Below the pieces are notes generated by a model. The model was not told where the DNA came from. It worked only from the letters and a program-made list of their open reading frames with translations, and did no database searches. Below, piece by piece: positions 49,500-60,119 of a DNA stretch of 64,000 nt (its first letter is position 1; each line of letters opens with the position of its first letter). The position numbers and the translations under genes are program-made. Source of the stretch: Bacilli bacterium (GTDB lineage: Bacteria; Bacillota_I; Bacilli_A; RF39; UBA660). Location: positions 745 through 64,744 of the forward strand of contig JAQUYH010000007.1 in assembly GCA_028691955.1 (NCBI GenBank), in the 5' to 3' direction.

Positions 49500-49702
49500 T
49501 ATATTTAACGAAGAAAAATATTTAGTAATTATTTAAGCAGGTAATTAGAAAACTAGTGGCAGATGAAAACTAGTCAAGGCTAAATAAAGAAATACATATT
49601 TGGAGTTAAACCGCAGAGACGCGTTAAAATTATAAGTGCATAGCTTCTATGAAATAAGGTGGTACCGCTAATTTTAGTCCTTATATTTATAGAAGCTTTT
49701 TT
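49500..49702 (+). promoter_or_regulatory. T-box riboswitch leader (Tyr specifier UAC candidate) with terminator
   Basis: T-box AAATAAGGTGGTACCGC at 49653-49669. GAAATACA context at 49589-49597. Terminator TAGCTTCTAT...ATAGAAGCTTTTTT. Confidence 0.7.
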
Positions 49703-49712
49703 AAGGAGAAAC

Positions 49713-50345
49713 ATGATAAAAAAAATAATATTTGATTTAGACAATACGTTAATATTATGGAAAAATGAATATATAAACTTTTTAAAAGAAGTTACCATAA
49801 AATACGGCATAGAAAAATATTACAAAGATATTGATGCAATACTAGAAACAGAAGAAAAACTTCACGATACACTAACAAAAGAACAATTGCTAGAAGATAT
49901 TAACGTTAGCTGTCATCTAAGCCTAAATATAGACTTTGTAGATGATATTTTAGAATCTCAAAAAAAAGCTTCTGATCCAACTGACAAAGACTTACAAGAA
50001 ACCATCAAATATTTAAGCAACAAATATGAATTAGTCGTATTAACTAACTGGTTTACAGATACTCAAAAAGGAAGATTAAAACACGCCAAAATACTTAAAT
50101 ATTTTACTGATGTGTATGGTGGAGATCAAGGTAATATCAAACCTCATAAAGAAGCATTTAAAAGAGCTATAGGAAATAATAAAATAGAAGAATGTATTAT
50201 GATAGGAGACGATAACTATCACGATATAGATGGCGCTTTAAATGTAGGGCTTAAAGTAATACAAGTAGATTTGAAAAATAAAATAAAGTATGAAAAAGAA
50301 TACCCAGTTATTAAAAACATAAAAGAATTAATGGATATTTTATAG
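49713..50345 (+). CDS. HAD-superfamily hydrolase
   Basis: MIKKIIFDLDNTL (DxD motif I), TNW (motif II), GDDNYHDIDGA (motif IV). An AAGGAG RBS. Confidence 0.7.
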   Translation: MIKKIIFDLDNTLILWKNEYINFLKEVTIKYGIEKYYKDIDAILETEEKLHDTLTKEQLLEDINVSCHLSLNIDFVDDILESQKKASDPTDKDLQETIKYLSNKYELVVLTNWFTDTQKGRLKHAKILKYFTDVYGGDQGNIKPHKEAFKRAIGNNKIEECIMIGDDNYHDIDGALNVGLKVIQVDLKNKIKYEKEYPVIKNIKELMDIL

Positions 50346-50353
50346 GAGGAAAT

Positions 50354-51007
50354 ATGGACTTAAATAGATATATTGATTATACAAATTTGAAACCAACGGC
50401 TACAATGAAAGATATAGGAAACCTTTGTAATGAAGCTATAAAAAACAACTTATTTGCCGTTTGTGTTAGCCCATATTATGTAGCACTAGCAAAAGAAATA
50501 CTAAAAGAAAGTAGCGTATTAGTATGCACAGTAATAGGTTTTCCACTAGGCTTCAGTACTACTAGAACAAAGGCTTTTGAAGCCATAGAAGCTATAGAAA
50601 ATGGCGCAGATGAAATAGATATGGTCATAAACATAGAGGCTTTAAAAAATAAAGAATATGATTATATCAAAGAAGAAATAGAAGAAATAAGAGACTCAAT
50701 TGATGGAAAAACATTAAAAGTAATTATTGAAACCTGTTATTTAAGTTCTGAAGAAATTAAAAAAATGGTAGAAATTTGTAACGAAACATTTGTTAATTTC
50801 ATTAAAACATCAACTGGGTTTGGAACTAGAGGAGTATCACTTGAAGATATTGATACTATAAATAAATATAAAAATGAAGTTTTAGAAATTAAAGCAAGCG
50901 GTGGTATAAAAGAATTAGACTTTGCCCTAGCTTTAATAGATAAAGGTGTTACTAGAATAGGAACTAGTGATATAAGTAAATTAGGAGGAAAAAATGAAAC
51001 TATATGA
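50354..51007 (+). CDS. deoC: Deoxyribose-phosphate aldolase
   Basis: CVSPYYV, VIGFPLG, KVIIET, K-TSTGF and IKASGGI motifs. Confidence 0.8.
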   Translation: MDLNRYIDYTNLKPTATMKDIGNLCNEAIKNNLFAVCVSPYYVALAKEILKESSVLVCTVIGFPLGFSTTRTKAFEAIEAIENGADEIDMVINIEALKNKEYDYIKEEIEEIRDSIDGKTLKVIIETCYLSSEEIKKMVEICNETFVNFIKTSTGFGTRGVSLEDIDTINKYKNEVLEIKASGGIKELDFALALIDKGVTRIGTSDISKLGGKNETI

Positions 51008-52223
51008 AGAATTAAATTGGCGTGGTTTAATAAAAGACGTTGCCGGAGCTGATTTAGAGGATAAACTAAATAATGAGAGTATGGCTTTTTACTGGGGAAC
51101 AGATCCAACAGCAGATAGTCTACACTTAGGACATTATTCATCATTAGTTATGGCGAAAAGACTTGCCAAAGCCGGACACCATCCAATCTTATTAGTAGGT
51201 GGAGCTACAGGGTTAATTGGTGACCCTAGACCTACATCAGAAAGAGAAATAATTAGTAAGGAAACTCTTAATAAATATTTTGTTGGAATTAAAAGTCAAG
51301 TAAGTAAAATAGTACCAGAAGCAGAAATAGTAAATAACTATGACTGGATGAAAGAATATAATTACTTAGAATTTTTAAGAGATATTGGTAAGTATATTAA
51401 TGTTAATTACATGCTTAATAAAGATATAATAAATAGAAGATTAGAAACAGGAATAACTTATGCAGAATTTTCTTATACATTAATCCAAGGCTATGATTTT
51501 CTACATTTGTTTAGAGAAAAAAACTGTTTATTACAAGTAGCCGGATCTGATCAATGGGGAAACATTACAACAGGTATCGAACTAATTAAAAAAATAGAAA
51601 GCAAAGAAGCATATGGATTTACTATGCCTTTAGTAGTAGATCAATATGGCAATAAATTTGGAAAAAGTGAAGGAAACGCCTTATGGATAGACATAAATAA
51701 AACTTCATCATACGAAATGTATCAATACCTAATTAATGTAGATGATTCCGTTATTGTAGACTACCTAAAGATATTTACATTCTTAAGTAAAGAAGAAATA
51801 GATGAATTAGAAAAATCAAATAAAGAAAATCCACATTTAAGAGAAGCACATAAAGCATTAGCTAGAGAAATAATTACAGATCTTCATGGTAAAGAAGAAT
51901 ATGAAAAAGCACTAGACATAAGCAATAAACTATTTAGTGGCAATATTAGTGATTTAAGCTTAAGAGATATTAAAGCTGGGTTGAAAGATGTTCCAAGTTT
52001 TAATTTTGAAGAAAATATCACTTTACTTGATTTATTAGTGAATAATAATATTACAACAAGTAGAAGAGAAGCTAGAGAATTTTTACAAGCTAATTCCATT
52101 TCAATTAATGGTGAAATAGTAACAGATGAAAATATGTTAATTACAGAGTCTTTACTAATTGAAGATAGTATGATAATCATAAGACGTGGTAAAAAGAAAT
52201 ACTATATGGGTATTAAAAAATAA
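50994..52223 (+). CDS. tyrS: Tyrosine--tRNA ligase
   Basis: HLGH (HIGH motif), KFGKS (KMSKS motif) and a C-terminal S4 domain. Start overlaps the deoC end. Confidence 0.9.
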   Translation: MKLYEELNWRGLIKDVAGADLEDKLNNESMAFYWGTDPTADSLHLGHYSSLVMAKRLAKAGHHPILLVGGATGLIGDPRPTSEREIISKETLNKYFVGIKSQVSKIVPEAEIVNNYDWMKEYNYLEFLRDIGKYINVNYMLNKDIINRRLETGITYAEFSYTLIQGYDFLHLFREKNCLLQVAGSDQWGNITTGIELIKKIESKEAYGFTMPLVVDQYGNKFGKSEGNALWIDINKTSSYEMYQYLINVDDSVIVDYLKIFTFLSKEEIDELEKSNKENPHLREAHKALAREIITDLHGKEEYEKALDISNKLFSGNISDLSLRDIKAGLKDVPSFNFEENITLLDLLVNNNITTSRREAREFLQANSISINGEIVTDENMLITESLLIEDSMIIIRRGKKKYYMGIKK

Positions 52224-52243
52224 ATTTTAAAATTAGAGGTTAT

Positions 52244-53953
52244 ATGAAGAAGATAAAAGAAAAAATATTTAATGAAAAAACATTTCCTTATTTAATGATT
52301 TTAGTAGTAACTATTTTAATTGGTCATCCATTACTTTGTGACAGAATTCCTTATGGCCATGATTTGATTTTTCATTTCTTCCGTGTAAGAGGGACAACAG
52401 AAGCTCTAATGAGTGGACAAATAATACCAATGATTGATTCAAGTATGGCTAGTGGGTTTGGTTATGCATATAATATGTTTTATGGTATTTTACCAACATA
52501 TATAACAGGCTTAATTAATATAGTAATAAGTGATTGGGCACTGTCATATAATATACTGATTTTATTATGTATCTTTTTTTCTGGAGTATTTATGTACCGT
52601 TTTGTAAGAGATATATCGAACAATAAAATAGGAATAATTGCCTCTATTATTTATATATCATTTCCTTATTTTCTAACAGATATATATATTAGGTCAGCAC
52701 TAGGAGAGATATTATCTTTTGTTTTTATGCCAATCTTATTTCAAGGTATATATAATTTAGTAAATCAAGATCAAAGTAAATTTTATTATATATCCATAGG
52801 TATGGCAGGACTGTTTTTGTCACATAATTTAAGCACATTTATGTCAGCTATCTTTGCTACTATTTATCTTCTTTTAAATATAAAATCAGTATTAAAAAAG
52901 AAAATATTAAAAAATTTGATTATAAGTTTGGCAATAGGTGTTTTAATATCTTTGATAACACTAGGGCCAATGCTTGAAGCATATTTTTCAACTCAATATG
53001 ATGTTTTTCATAATCCCTGGATGGTTGGTTCTGCAAACAGTATGAATTCAGAAAGGTTAGGATTGTATAGACTTTTTTCTAGCAACTTATTTAGGCAATA
53101 TAATGATAGTAATGAACTATTGTCGGGAAGTATGCCGTTTGATTTAGGCTTTATTTGCATTATATCTCTTATTGCTTTGACATTTACATATAAAAAATAT
53201 AAAGAAAAAGAGCAAAAAATTATAAGAGATTTTCTTTTCTTAGGAATTATTGCTTTAATTTTTACAACTGTAATAATTAATTGGAATTTCATGCCTAGTA
53301 TTTTATATAGAATACAGTTTCCTTGGCGTTTTATGATTATATCAACTTTTTTCTTAAGTATTATTTGTGGCTTTTCCTTATATAAATTATTTGATAAATT
53401 CAGTTATAAATCTTTATTATTGATAATCCTTATTATATATATATCATCATCATCAATCACAGGATTTGCCAATTATGATACAAAAGTAGGTAATGAGATA
53501 TTTGAAATCAATAGCAAGCTCAGCAAAAGTTATAAATATTCATCTCCAACAGGATCAAATGAATATTTCGCAAAAAGAATGACAGATAATTTGGATAAAA
53601 TAATTGATATGAAAAGTTACAATATAATAGCTGGAGATCCATATATATCAGGTTATAGCAAAAAAGGATTAAAAATAAACTTTAAAATAAATTCATCGAC
53701 AGAAACAACTATTGAATTACAACTAGCTTATTATAAAGGCTACAAAGAAAAAAATGGATTTGAAGTTTTTGAAACAAATAACGGATTGGTTGGAATTAAA
53801 ATACCTCCAGGAGTCTATCAAATTAAAATCAGTTATTGTAATACTACAATTCAGTTCATATCCTATATAATAAGTATTATGACAACAATATCTTTAACTG
53901 TTTATATAGCAAAAAACAGGAAAAAAGAAAAAATTAAAGATTTAAAATGGTAA
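52244..53953 (+). CDS. Polytopic membrane protein, YfhO/GT-C-like putative glycosyltransferase
   Basis: More than 10 TM helices and an extracytoplasmic C-terminal domain. Family assignment is tentative. Confidence 0.35.
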   Translation: MKKIKEKIFNEKTFPYLMILVVTILIGHPLLCDRIPYGHDLIFHFFRVRGTTEALMSGQIIPMIDSSMASGFGYAYNMFYGILPTYITGLINIVISDWALSYNILILLCIFFSGVFMYRFVRDISNNKIGIIASIIYISFPYFLTDIYIRSALGEILSFVFMPILFQGIYNLVNQDQSKFYYISIGMAGLFLSHNLSTFMSAIFATIYLLLNIKSVLKKKILKNLIISLAIGVLISLITLGPMLEAYFSTQYDVFHNPWMVGSANSMNSERLGLYRLFSSNLFRQYNDSNELLSGSMPFDLGFICIISLIALTFTYKKYKEKEQKIIRDFLFLGIIALIFTTVIINWNFMPSILYRIQFPWRFMIISTFFLSIICGFSLYKLFDKFSYKSLLLIILIIYISSSSITGFANYDTKVGNEIFEINSKLSKSYKYSSPTGSNEYFAKRMTDNLDKIIDMKSYNIIAGDPYISGYSKKGLKINFKINSSTETTIELQLAYYKGYKEKNGFEVFETNNGLVGIKIPPGVYQIKISYCNTTIQFISYIISIMTTISLTVYIAKNRKKEKIKDLKW

Positions 53954-54025
53954 ATAATATTTAAAAAGTCCATTATTATTAATATAAAGTTAAGTTGTTT
54001 GACAACACGATTAAGAGGTGATTGT

Positions 54026-56173
54026 ATGAAAAAACCAGAATTACTTGCTCCTGCTGGAAGCTTAGAAATATTAAAAGCAGTAATAAATGCAGGATGCGAT
54101 GCGGCATATTTATCAGGGTATAGATTTGGGGCGAGAGGCTTCGCGCCAAATTTTTCTGATGAAGAACTAGTTGAAGCCATAAATTATGCTCATATCAGAG
54201 GAGTAAAAATATACGTTACTGTAAACACTTTAATATACGAAGATGAAATAGATTCATGCATGAATTATATTGAATTTCTATATAAAAATGATGTGGATGC
54301 TGTTATATTGCAAGATTTAGGCCTACTTGATTTAGTTAGAAAAACATATCCTAATTTAGAAATACATGCTTCAACACAAATGCATATTCATAATATTGAA
54401 GGCGTTAAATTTTTAGAAAAATTAGGAGTTAAAAGGGTAGTACTAGCTAGAGAAACAAGTATTGATTTAATAAAAGAAATAAAAAAACAAACACAAACTA
54501 GTTTAGAAGTATTCGTTCATGGAGCTCTTTGCTTTAGCTATTCAGGTCAATGCTTGATGAGTAGTTTAATTGGAAATAGAAGTGGTAATAGAGGAACATG
54601 TGCAGGGTGCTGTAGAATGCCTTACAAATTAGAAAGCAACAATAAAATATTAAATAAAAATGAATATTTAATAAGTATGAAAGACTTATGCACTATATCT
54701 GATATGGGAAACCTTATAGAATCTAATGTTGATAGCTTTAAAATAGAGGGTAGAACCAAAAGAATAGAATACGCTTATTTAGTAACTAAACTATATAGAA
54801 AAGCAATTGATAATTACTTAAAATATAAAGAAACTAGAATTACCAAAGAAGACATGGAAAATTTATATGAAATTTTTAATCGAGATTTTACAAAAGGATA
54901 CTTATTTAATGAAAATGATGTTGTAAATGATTTTAGACCTAACCATATGGGAATAGAAATTGGTAAGGTAGTTGATTATAAAAATAATATTGCTAAAGTA
55001 CTTTTAAGTAAAGAAGTTAATAGATTAGATGGAATAAGGTTTGTTTCAAACGACATTGGTTTAACTTTGGATAATATTTTTGTTAATAATAAAAAAGTTC
55101 CAAAAGGCAACATAAATGATATTATTGAAGTTAAAGTTAAAGATAAAGTAGATATAGGTAGCTTAGTTGTAAGAACAACTAATTATGAACAATTAGAAAA
55201 CATAAAAAAAGAATTACTAATTGAAAAGAAAATAAAAGTAATATGTACCGGTATGCTAAAAGAAAACAAAAAAGTAGTTTTAAACTTCAATGATGGAATA
55301 AACAATGTAACATCAGAAAATGACTTTATTTTAGAAAAGGCTTTAACTAATAATACATCACTAGAAAGAGTCAAAGAGCAAATAAATAAAATTGGATTTT
55401 CTGCTTATGAAATATCTTCTTTTGATATCGAAATAGATAGCAACATATTCATTCCAATAAAGGTATTAAATGACATAAAAAGAGAATTAGTTGATAAACT
55501 AAATAGTATAAGATGCTATAAAAAAGAATTTATAAAAAAAGACTATACTATTGAGTTACAAGATTATCAAAAAGAAAATAATATAAACTATAGAATAAAT
55601 AGTATTGAAGCATATGAAAAAATAAAAAACAACAATATTAACTTAATATATTTAACTAAAGACTTATACAATTTAATTAATGATGATAGAAAAATATTAA
55701 AATTAAATAATGTCATTGAAGGATATAGTAAAATTGCTAAAGATGTTTTAGTAGGAGAAGTAGGAAGTCTAAATTTCTATGATAACTTTCTAACTGATTA
55801 TAGCCTGAATGTTACTAACTCGTATGCATTAGCCTTTCTGCACTCAGTAGGATCTAAAATGGTAACTCTATCTTTAGAACTAAACGAAGAGCAAATAAAA
55901 TCAATTATTAATAACTATACTAAAAGATATCAAAAACATCCTAATGTTGAAGTTGTAATTTACGGAAGAGAACTTGTCATGACTTCAAAATATGACTTGT
56001 TAGGTAAATATAAAATTGAAAAAGGATTTTTAATTGATAAATTTAATAACAAATATATATTAAATAAAGAAGACAATTTATTAAAGATATATAACTATAA
56101 AGCAAGAGATGTTAAAACTAACTTCTTTGATATTAGTGTTAATAATGTAAGGTACGAAATTACCGAAAAATAA
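54026..56173 (+). CDS. Peptidase U32 family protein
   Basis: KPELLAPAGSLE...AGCDAAY... U32 N-terminal signature. ATG at 54026 after GAGGTGA. Confidence 0.75.
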   Translation: MKKPELLAPAGSLEILKAVINAGCDAAYLSGYRFGARGFAPNFSDEELVEAINYAHIRGVKIYVTVNTLIYEDEIDSCMNYIEFLYKNDVDAVILQDLGLLDLVRKTYPNLEIHASTQMHIHNIEGVKFLEKLGVKRVVLARETSIDLIKEIKKQTQTSLEVFVHGALCFSYSGQCLMSSLIGNRSGNRGTCAGCCRMPYKLESNNKILNKNEYLISMKDLCTISDMGNLIESNVDSFKIEGRTKRIEYAYLVTKLYRKAIDNYLKYKETRITKEDMENLYEIFNRDFTKGYLFNENDVVNDFRPNHMGIEIGKVVDYKNNIAKVLLSKEVNRLDGIRFVSNDIGLTLDNIFVNNKKVPKGNINDIIEVKVKDKVDIGSLVVRTTNYEQLENIKKELLIEKKIKVICTGMLKENKKVVLNFNDGINNVTSENDFILEKALTNNTSLERVKEQINKIGFSAYEISSFDIEIDSNIFIPIKVLNDIKRELVDKLNSIRCYKKEFIKKDYTIELQDYQKENNINYRINSIEAYEKIKNNNINLIYLTKDLYNLINDDRKILKLNNVIEGYSKIAKDVLVGEVGSLNFYDNFLTDYSLNVTNSYALAFLHSVGSKMVTLSLELNEEQIKSIINNYTKRYQKHPNVEVVIYGRELVMTSKYDLLGKYKIEKGFLIDKFNNKYILNKEDNLLKIYNYKARDVKTNFFDISVNNVRYEITEK

Positions 56174-56203
56174 AAAAAATCTTAGATTTTCTAAGATTTT
56201 TTT
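56172..56203. terminator. Bidirectional terminator (U32 gene / rpsD convergent)
   Basis: AATCTTAGA-TTT-TCTAAGATT flanked by A7 and T7. Confidence 0.8.
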
Positions 56204-56804
56204 ATCTATTATAGAATTCAACAATTAAAGCTTCATTAATATCAGCATTAAGTTCACTTCTCTCTGGATATCTTACAAAAGTTCCAGCCATTTTGTTTTC
56301 ATCATAAGTAACAAACTCAACTCTTTTACCAACAGACTCTAAACTTGCTCTAATAGCAGGATGTTCTTTAGAGTTTTCTTTGATTGCAATTACATCTCCT
56401 GGAATACATCTGTATGATGGAATATCAACTTTTTTCCCATTTACAGTAACGTGTCCATGATTTACTAATTGTCTAGCACCATTTCTAGTTCTAGCAAATC
56501 CAATACGATAAACTACATTATCAATTCTGCTTTCAAGTAATTTTAAGAAATCTTCACCAAGAACATTCTTAAGCTTTCTAGCTTCTTCAAAAGTTTTACG
56601 AAATTGTTTTTCATTAATTCCATACATAAATCTAACTTTTTGCTTTTCTTGTAGTTGAATACCATAGTTAGATAACTTTTTGCCTCTTCTATTTCCATGT
56701 TGTCCTGGAGCATAAGGCTTTTTAGCTAATTCTTTTCCAGTTTCTAGTGTAGAAAAACCAAATCTTCTTGACTTCTTATAAATTGGTCCAGTATATTTTG
56801 CCAT
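56202..56804 (-). CDS. rpsD: 30S ribosomal protein S4
   Basis: MAKYTGPIYKKSRRFG... The ORF-track N-terminal extension is rejected in favour of the conserved MAKYTGP start. Confidence 0.9.
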   Translation of the reverse strand: MAKYTGPIYKKSRRFGFSTLETGKELAKKPYAPGQHGNRRGKKLSNYGIQLQEKQKVRFMYGINEKQFRKTFEEARKLKNVLGEDFLKLLESRIDNVVYRIGFARTRNGARQLVNHGHVTVNGKKVDIPSYRCIPGDVIAIKENSKEHPAIRASLESVGKRVEFVTYDENKMAGTFVRYPERSELNADINEALIVEFYNR

Positions 56805-57099
56805 AAATTTTCCTCCTTCTTTATATTTAAAACGAAGAAGACTATATTGCCAATACATAGGGAGTTTATTTTAATATCTTCACTTTAATAGCCAAAGTTA
56901 CTAATAAAACTATAAGTAATAAACACATTACGTATTTCAAAATAGAGCTACCTCTTTGTTTCTTTAGTATTATATTATGTTTAACGATTTAAGTCAAGAC
57001 AATAAAGCAATTTACTTTATTAAATTTATGTGCTAAAATTATCTTAATAATATCAAAAAATAACTTTATGTGATATTATATAATAAGAGGTGATAATTA

Positions 57100-58809
57100 A
57101 TGAGTAGTGTAATAATGCTTGGCTTGATGTTATTTTTTATTCCTGCAACCTTAATAGTTATAACACTAAACATTATCCAAAACTTTAAAAACAAGAAGTT
57201 TAAAAAAGAATTAAATAATTTAGAATATGAAAAAAATGTTATTGACAGTACGCCTATAGGCCTAGAACTTTCCAAAATAGAAGCATTTTTGAAAAATGAA
57301 AAAATGGAAAAATTATATACCGATTGGAAAAAGAGACTAGAAGAAATTAAAACAAAACAAATACCTAAAATAACAGATATGATATTAGAGGCAGAGTATT
57401 CTTTATCACAATTAGATTACAAAAATACTAATTATAAAATAGCCAAACTTGAGATGGAAGTATATTACGTTAGAACCAATTCTGAAGTATTATTAAATGA
57501 AATAAAAGAAATAACAACTTCTGATGAAAAGAACAGAACCATAATTACTTCTTTAAAAACAAAATATAGAGAGTTATACGAAAATTATGCATCTAGACCA
57601 ACTGATTTTGGTGAGATAAAAGATTCAGTTAGTTTACAATTTGAAAGCATAGCTCATAGATTTGAAGACTTTGAATCAGCAATGGAAAAAAACGAATACA
57701 CAGAAGTTACACAAATAATAAAAGCTATAGATGAAATGTTAAAACATATGGATTTAGTTATAGAAGAAATTCCAGGTATTGTTTTAATGACAGGAACGGT
57801 TTTGCCCAAAAAAGTTGAAAACATTCAAAATGAATACCATGAAATGCTAAAAAGAGGATATCAACTAGACTACTTAAATGTTGAATATAATGTAGAAGAA
57901 TCTAATAAAAAAATAGAAGATGTTTTAGGTAGAAGTAAAGTATTAAATCTAGAAGATAGTACGTTTGAATTAAAAATATTAAACGATTACTTAGATTCAT
58001 TATTTAATGATTTTGATAAGGAAAAAGAAAGCAAAGAAAAATATGAAGAGATTAGAGATGCTTTCAATAAAAGATTAGATAGACAAAACAAAATTATCAA
58101 CGAAATATTTTCTAGAATGGCCGAAGTAAAATCAGTTTATGATCTAACTGATGACCACCTACAATTACTTGAAAAATCTAAAAGTGATATAGAGGAATTA
58201 AATAGTGACTATAAGACCCTTTTAATTCATACAAGTAATAACGCCTTTGCCTTTTCAAAATTAATTTCGGAAGTAGAAATATTATCAAATAGATTATCAA
58301 ACATAAAAGAAACATTAGATAACACATTAGAAAAAATTGGGAATGTTAAAGAAGATGAAGCAAGAGCTAAAGAACAATTAGAAGAAATTAAAGTAATTAT
58401 GAATAACGCTAAGAAAGCTATTACTAAATACAATATTCCAACCATACCACAAAATTACTACACAGAATTTAATGAAGCAACACTTGCTATAAAAGAGATA
58501 GTAAGAGAATTAGACAACAAACCAATAGACACAGACACATTAAATATGCGGGTTGATACAGGAAGAGATTTAGCTTTAAAGCTACTAGCTAGAGCTAATG
58601 ACACAATTAAACAAGCCAAAATGGCAGAAATGGCTATTGTATATGGTAACAGATATAGATCAAGCTATGAAGAAGTTGACAAAGTACTATCTTATTCTGA
58701 AACTTTATTTTATAGTGGTGAGTATCAAAAATCTTTAGACTTAACAGTAGGGATATTAAGTAAAATAGACTCTAATATTACAGAAAGAATAAAAGCATAT
58801 TTAAATTAA
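57100..58809 (+). CDS. ezrA: Septation ring formation regulator EzrA
   Basis: N-terminal TM helix plus ~540 aa of coiled coil. Conserved position upstream of thiI. Confidence 0.8.
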   Translation: MSSVIMLGLMLFFIPATLIVITLNIIQNFKNKKFKKELNNLEYEKNVIDSTPIGLELSKIEAFLKNEKMEKLYTDWKKRLEEIKTKQIPKITDMILEAEYSLSQLDYKNTNYKIAKLEMEVYYVRTNSEVLLNEIKEITTSDEKNRTIITSLKTKYRELYENYASRPTDFGEIKDSVSLQFESIAHRFEDFESAMEKNEYTEVTQIIKAIDEMLKHMDLVIEEIPGIVLMTGTVLPKKVENIQNEYHEMLKRGYQLDYLNVEYNVEESNKKIEDVLGRSKVLNLEDSTFELKILNDYLDSLFNDFDKEKESKEKYEEIRDAFNKRLDRQNKIINEIFSRMAEVKSVYDLTDDHLQLLEKSKSDIEELNSDYKTLLIHTSNNAFAFSKLISEVEILSNRLSNIKETLDNTLEKIGNVKEDEARAKEQLEEIKVIMNNAKKAITKYNIPTIPQNYYTEFNEATLAIKEIVRELDNKPIDTDTLNMRVDTGRDLALKLLARANDTIKQAKMAEMAIVYGNRYRSSYEEVDKVLSYSETLFYSGEYQKSLDLTVGILSKIDSNITERIKAYLN

Positions 58810-58837
58810 ATGTAAGTGATATCATTTACATTTTTTT
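58808..58837 (+). terminator. Rho-independent terminator after ezrA
   Basis: AAATGTAA-GTGATATC-ATTTACATTT followed by T5. Confidence 0.6.
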
Positions 58838-58872
58838 ATTATTTTTATATAATGTTCAAAGGACGTGATAAT

Positions 58873-60054
58873 ATGAAACTAATATTAGTAAAATATGGAG
58901 AATTAACAACTAAAAAAGATAATAGAAAACAATTTATAAAAATACTTAATAAAAATATAATTGATAAATTGAGAGACTATAATATAGATATAAAATATGA
59001 TCTATCTAGAATGTTTATTATTCCAAAAGATGACAATATAGAAGAAATAATCAATAAAGTAAAAGATGTATTTGGACTACATGAGTTAGTAATAGCTTAC
59101 CAAGTAAATAACGATGTAGAAAATATTAAAGAAGAAGTACTATCAATTCTTAAAGATAAACAATTTAATACATTTAAAATCAATACAAAAAGATCTAATA
59201 AAAAATATCCAATTCACTCATTAGAGTTTAACAATATTATAGGGAGCTTAGTATTAAAAAACTTTACATGTAAAGTGGACGTTCATAATCCAGAACTATT
59301 AATTAATATTGAAATTAGAGATGATTTTGCATATATTTATACTAATCAAGATAGAGTAAAAGCCGTAGGTGGATATCCGGTTGGTATTCAAGGTAAAGGA
59401 TTACTTTTATTAAGTGGTGGGATTGATAGTCCAGTAGCGGGATACCTTGCTTTAAAAAGAGGTGTTGATTTAGAGTGCCTTTATTTTGAGTCTCCTCCTC
59501 ATACAAGTGTAGAAGCTAAAAATAAAGTATTAGAACTAGCAAAAATATTAAACACATATAGTGGCAATATAAAAGTTCATGTAATACCTTTTACAAAACT
59601 ACAAGAAGCTATTTATAAAAATATTCCAGAAACTTATATGATAACAATATTAAGACGTATGATGTATAGAATAGCAGAAAGAGTAGCTAAAAAAAGAAAC
59701 TGTAAAATATTAATAAATGGAGAGAGTATTGGGCAAGTAGCAAGTCAAACACTTACTAGTATGTCTGTTATAAATAATGTTACAAATATGCCTGTTATAA
59801 GACCAGTTGCTTGTTTTGATAAATTAGAAATAATTGAACTTTCTAAGAAAATAGGAACATATAAAACTAGCATTTTACCTTATGAAGATTGCTGTACTAT
59901 ATTTGTTCCTAAACATCCTGTTATTAATCCAGAGCTTTCTAGATGTATAGAATATGAAAAATTAATAGATTACAATTTGTTAATTGATGAAGCAGTAAAA
60001 AATATGGAAACTATAAAAAAGTTAGAAAAAAATGAGTTTAAGGATTTATTATGA
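58873..60054 (+). CDS. thiI: tRNA 4-thiouridine synthase ThiI
   Basis: MKLILVKYGELTTK, THUMP region and PP-loop SGGIDSPVA. Confidence 0.85.
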   Translation: MKLILVKYGELTTKKDNRKQFIKILNKNIIDKLRDYNIDIKYDLSRMFIIPKDDNIEEIINKVKDVFGLHELVIAYQVNNDVENIKEEVLSILKDKQFNTFKINTKRSNKKYPIHSLEFNNIIGSLVLKNFTCKVDVHNPELLINIEIRDDFAYIYTNQDRVKAVGGYPVGIQGKGLLLLSGGIDSPVAGYLALKRGVDLECLYFESPPHTSVEAKNKVLELAKILNTYSGNIKVHVIPFTKLQEAIYKNIPETYMITILRRMMYRIAERVAKKRNCKILINGESIGQVASQTLTSMSVINNVTNMPVIRPVACFDKLEIIELSKKIGTYKTSILPYEDCCTIFVPKHPVINPELSRCIEYEKLIDYNLLIDEAVKNMETIKKLEKNEFKDLL

Positions 60055-60075
60055 AAGCACATTGTGCTTTTTTAT
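60054..60075 (+). terminator. Rho-independent terminator after thiI
   Basis: AAAGCAC-att-GTGCTTT followed by T6. Confidence 0.75.
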
Positions 60076-60119
60076 TGCTTAAAAACAAGAACTAATGTAT
60101 AATGACTGTGGTGATTTAT

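Noticed and set aside
56805-56858. N-terminal extension of rpsD (MYWQYSLLRFKYKEGGKF...)
   Set aside because: S4 universally begins MA(R/K)YTGP. The internal ATG at 56804 (minus strand) is preceded by GGAGG.
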